Below, one piece after another: positions 32,554 through 33,825 of a stretch of DNA of 33,825 nt. Location of the stretch: contig JAHHSF010000001.1 of assembly GCA_020025375.1 (NCBI GenBank), positions 1 to 33,825 of the forward strand, written 5' to 3'. How positions within the stretch are numbered: position 1 is the stretch's first letter; the number at the start of each line of letters is the position of its first letter. The translations under genes were made by a program, and so were the position numbers. The notes beneath the pieces were generated by a model that saw only the letters and a program-made list of their open reading frames with translations, did no database searches and was not told the origin of the DNA. The DNA is from Oscillospiraceae bacterium (GTDB taxonomy: Bacteria > Bacillota > Clostridia > Oscillospirales > Oscillospiraceae).

Positions 32554-33825
32554 ATGCTGGACATTAAATTTCTCCGGGAAAATCCCGAGATTGTGAAGGA
32601 AAACATTAAGAAGAAGTTCCAGGAAGGCAAGCTCCCTCTGGTGGATGAGGTCATTGCCCTGGATGCCGAGAACCGGGCCACCATCCAGGAGGCCCAGGAT
32701 CTCCGAGCCGAGCGCAACGCCCTTTCCAAGCAGGTGGGCATGCTTATGGGCCAGGCCAAGAAGGACCCCTCCAAGCAGGCCGAGGCCGATGCCCTGAAGG
32801 CCAAGGTCACCGCTGAGGCCGAGCGCCTGTCCGAGCTGGAAAAAAAGGAGACCGAGCTGGCCGAGCAGATTCGGAAGATCATGCTGGTCATCCCCAACAT
32901 CATCGACGACTCCGTGCCCATCGGCCCCGACGATTCCGCCAACGTGGAGGTGGCCCGTTTCGGCGAGGCTTTGGTGCCCGACTTCGAGATTCCCTATCAC
33001 ACCCAGATTATGGAGTCCTTCGACGGCATCGACATGGATGCCGCCGGCCGGGTCTCCGGCAACGGCTTTTACTACCTCCTGGGCGACATTGCCCGGCTTC
33101 ACGAGGCCGTGCTGGCCTATGGCCGGGACTTTATGATTGACAAGGGCTTTACCTACTGCATCCCCCCCTTCATGATCCACGGAAACGTGGTGGAGGGCGT
33201 CATGTCCCAGACCGATATGGATGCCATGATGTACAAGATCGAGGGCGAGGACCTCTATCTCATCGGTACCTCCGAGCACTCCATGATCGGCCGATTCATT
33301 GACCAGATTATCCCCACCGAGAAGCTTCCACAGACGCTTACCTCTTACTCTCCCTGTTTCCGGAAAGAAAAAGGCTCTCACGGCATCGAGGAGCGGGGCG
33401 TTTACCGCATTCACCAGTTTGAGAAGCAGGAGATGATCGTGGTCTGTAAGCCCGAGGACTCCAAGGAGTGGTACGAAAAGCTGTGGAAGTACTCCGTGGA
33501 GCTTTTCCGCAACTTTGACATTCCAGTCCGCCAGCTGGAGTGCTGCTCCGGCGACCTGGCCGACCTGAAGGTGAAGTCCTGCGACATCGAGGCCTGGAGT
33601 CCCCGTCAGCAGAAGTATTTTGAGGTCTGCTCCTGCTCCAACCTGGGCGACGCCCAGGCCCGCCGCCTGAAGATCCGCTACAAGGACGAGAACGGCCGCA
33701 CCCAGTTGGCCCACACCCTGAACAACACCTGCGTGGCTCCCCCCCGTATGCTGATCGCCCTGCTGGAGAACAACCTCCAGGCCGACGGCTCCGTGAAGGT
33801 TCCCAAGGTCCTCCAGCCCTACATG
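32554..33825 (+). CDS. serS: Seryl-tRNA synthetase (3' end beyond the window)
   Basis: Absent from the ORF track because it is open at the window end. ATG at 32554 behind AAGGAG. My translation reads MLDIKFLRENPEIVKENIKKKF..., with an N-terminal coiled coil and class II motifs: YLIGTSEHS, FRKEKGSHG..RGVYRIHQFEKQEM, TLNNTCVAPPRMLIALLEN. Stop-free to 33825. Confidence 0.95.
   Translation, partial: MLDIKFLRENPEIVKENIKKKFQEGKLPLVDEVIALDAENRATIQEAQDLRAERNALSKQVGMLMGQAKKDPSKQAEADALKAKVTAEAERLSELEKKETELAEQIRKIMLVIPNIIDDSVPIGPDDSANVEVARFGEALVPDFEIPYHTQIMESFDGIDMDAAGRVSGNGFYYLLGDIARLHEAVLAYGRDFMIDKGFTYCIPPFMIHGNVVEGVMSQTDMDAMMYKIEGEDLYLIGTSEHSMIGRFIDQIIPTEKLPQTLTSYSPCFRKEKGSHGIEERGVYRIHQFEKQEMIVVCKPEDSKEWYEKLWKYSVELFRNFDIPVRQLECCSGDLADLKVKSCDIEAWSPRQQKYFEVCSCSNLGDAQARRLKIRYKDENGRTQLAHTLNNTCVAPPRMLIALLENNLQADGSVKVPKVLQPYM

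Noticed and set aside
1-33825. Search across the whole window for CRISPR repeats, tRNA/rRNA genes, integrases or recombinases, toxin-antitoxin pairs, restriction-modification or other defence genes, reverse transcriptases and prophage genes.
   Set aside because: None found. Every ORF with protein-like sequence is accounted for by housekeeping, transport, sporulation or partition functions. No regularly spaced direct repeats occur beyond the 11-nt tandem duplication at 12569-12590.

Overview
About 60% GC chromosome segment from a spore-forming Firmicute. Gene content looks Clostridia/Oscillospiraceae-like, but the taxon is an inference. The window is almost fully coding and mostly housekeeping. 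In order: a GerA-family germinant receptor gene (partial, minus strand, missing from the ORF track because it is open at the window edge); a P-type Ca2+-ATPase; a PrsA-like parvulin PPIase; mfd; a TPR-like membrane protein; pth; prs; a GlmU-like gene holding only the acetyltransferase half; an HD-domain protein; a divergent GntR(YtrA)-ABC-permease operon; a thiolase plus CoA-transferase A/B cluster; a possible transposase remnant; mntP; tadA; an xpt gene followed by a BMP-family nucleoside-type ABC uptake operon; an SLH-anchored GH18 protein; a YitT-family protein; and the origin-proximal partition locus noc-like/soj/spo0J/coiled-coil membrane protein, followed by serS (partial, open at the window end). 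I found no CRISPR array, tRNA/rRNA gene, intact mobile element, recognisable defence system or clearly novel multi-gene system. This looks like core chromosome. The observations most worth a second look are local anomalies: (1) mfd is interrupted by a single in-frame TAG; (2) the glmU position in the conserved glmU-prs-pth-mfd block holds only the left-handed beta-helix acetyltransferase half, with its own promoter and RBS; (3) the thiolase carries a 25-residue acidic/His-rich insertion just before the conserved VTA-NASG motif; (4) four parS-like 16-mers flank the partition genes, one of them forming the noc terminator hairpin; (5) several intergenic regions look structured but remain unexplained. 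The many long ORFs antisense to real genes are treated as high-GC shadow ORFs. All calls rest on reading translations and motifs by eye. No database search was possible.
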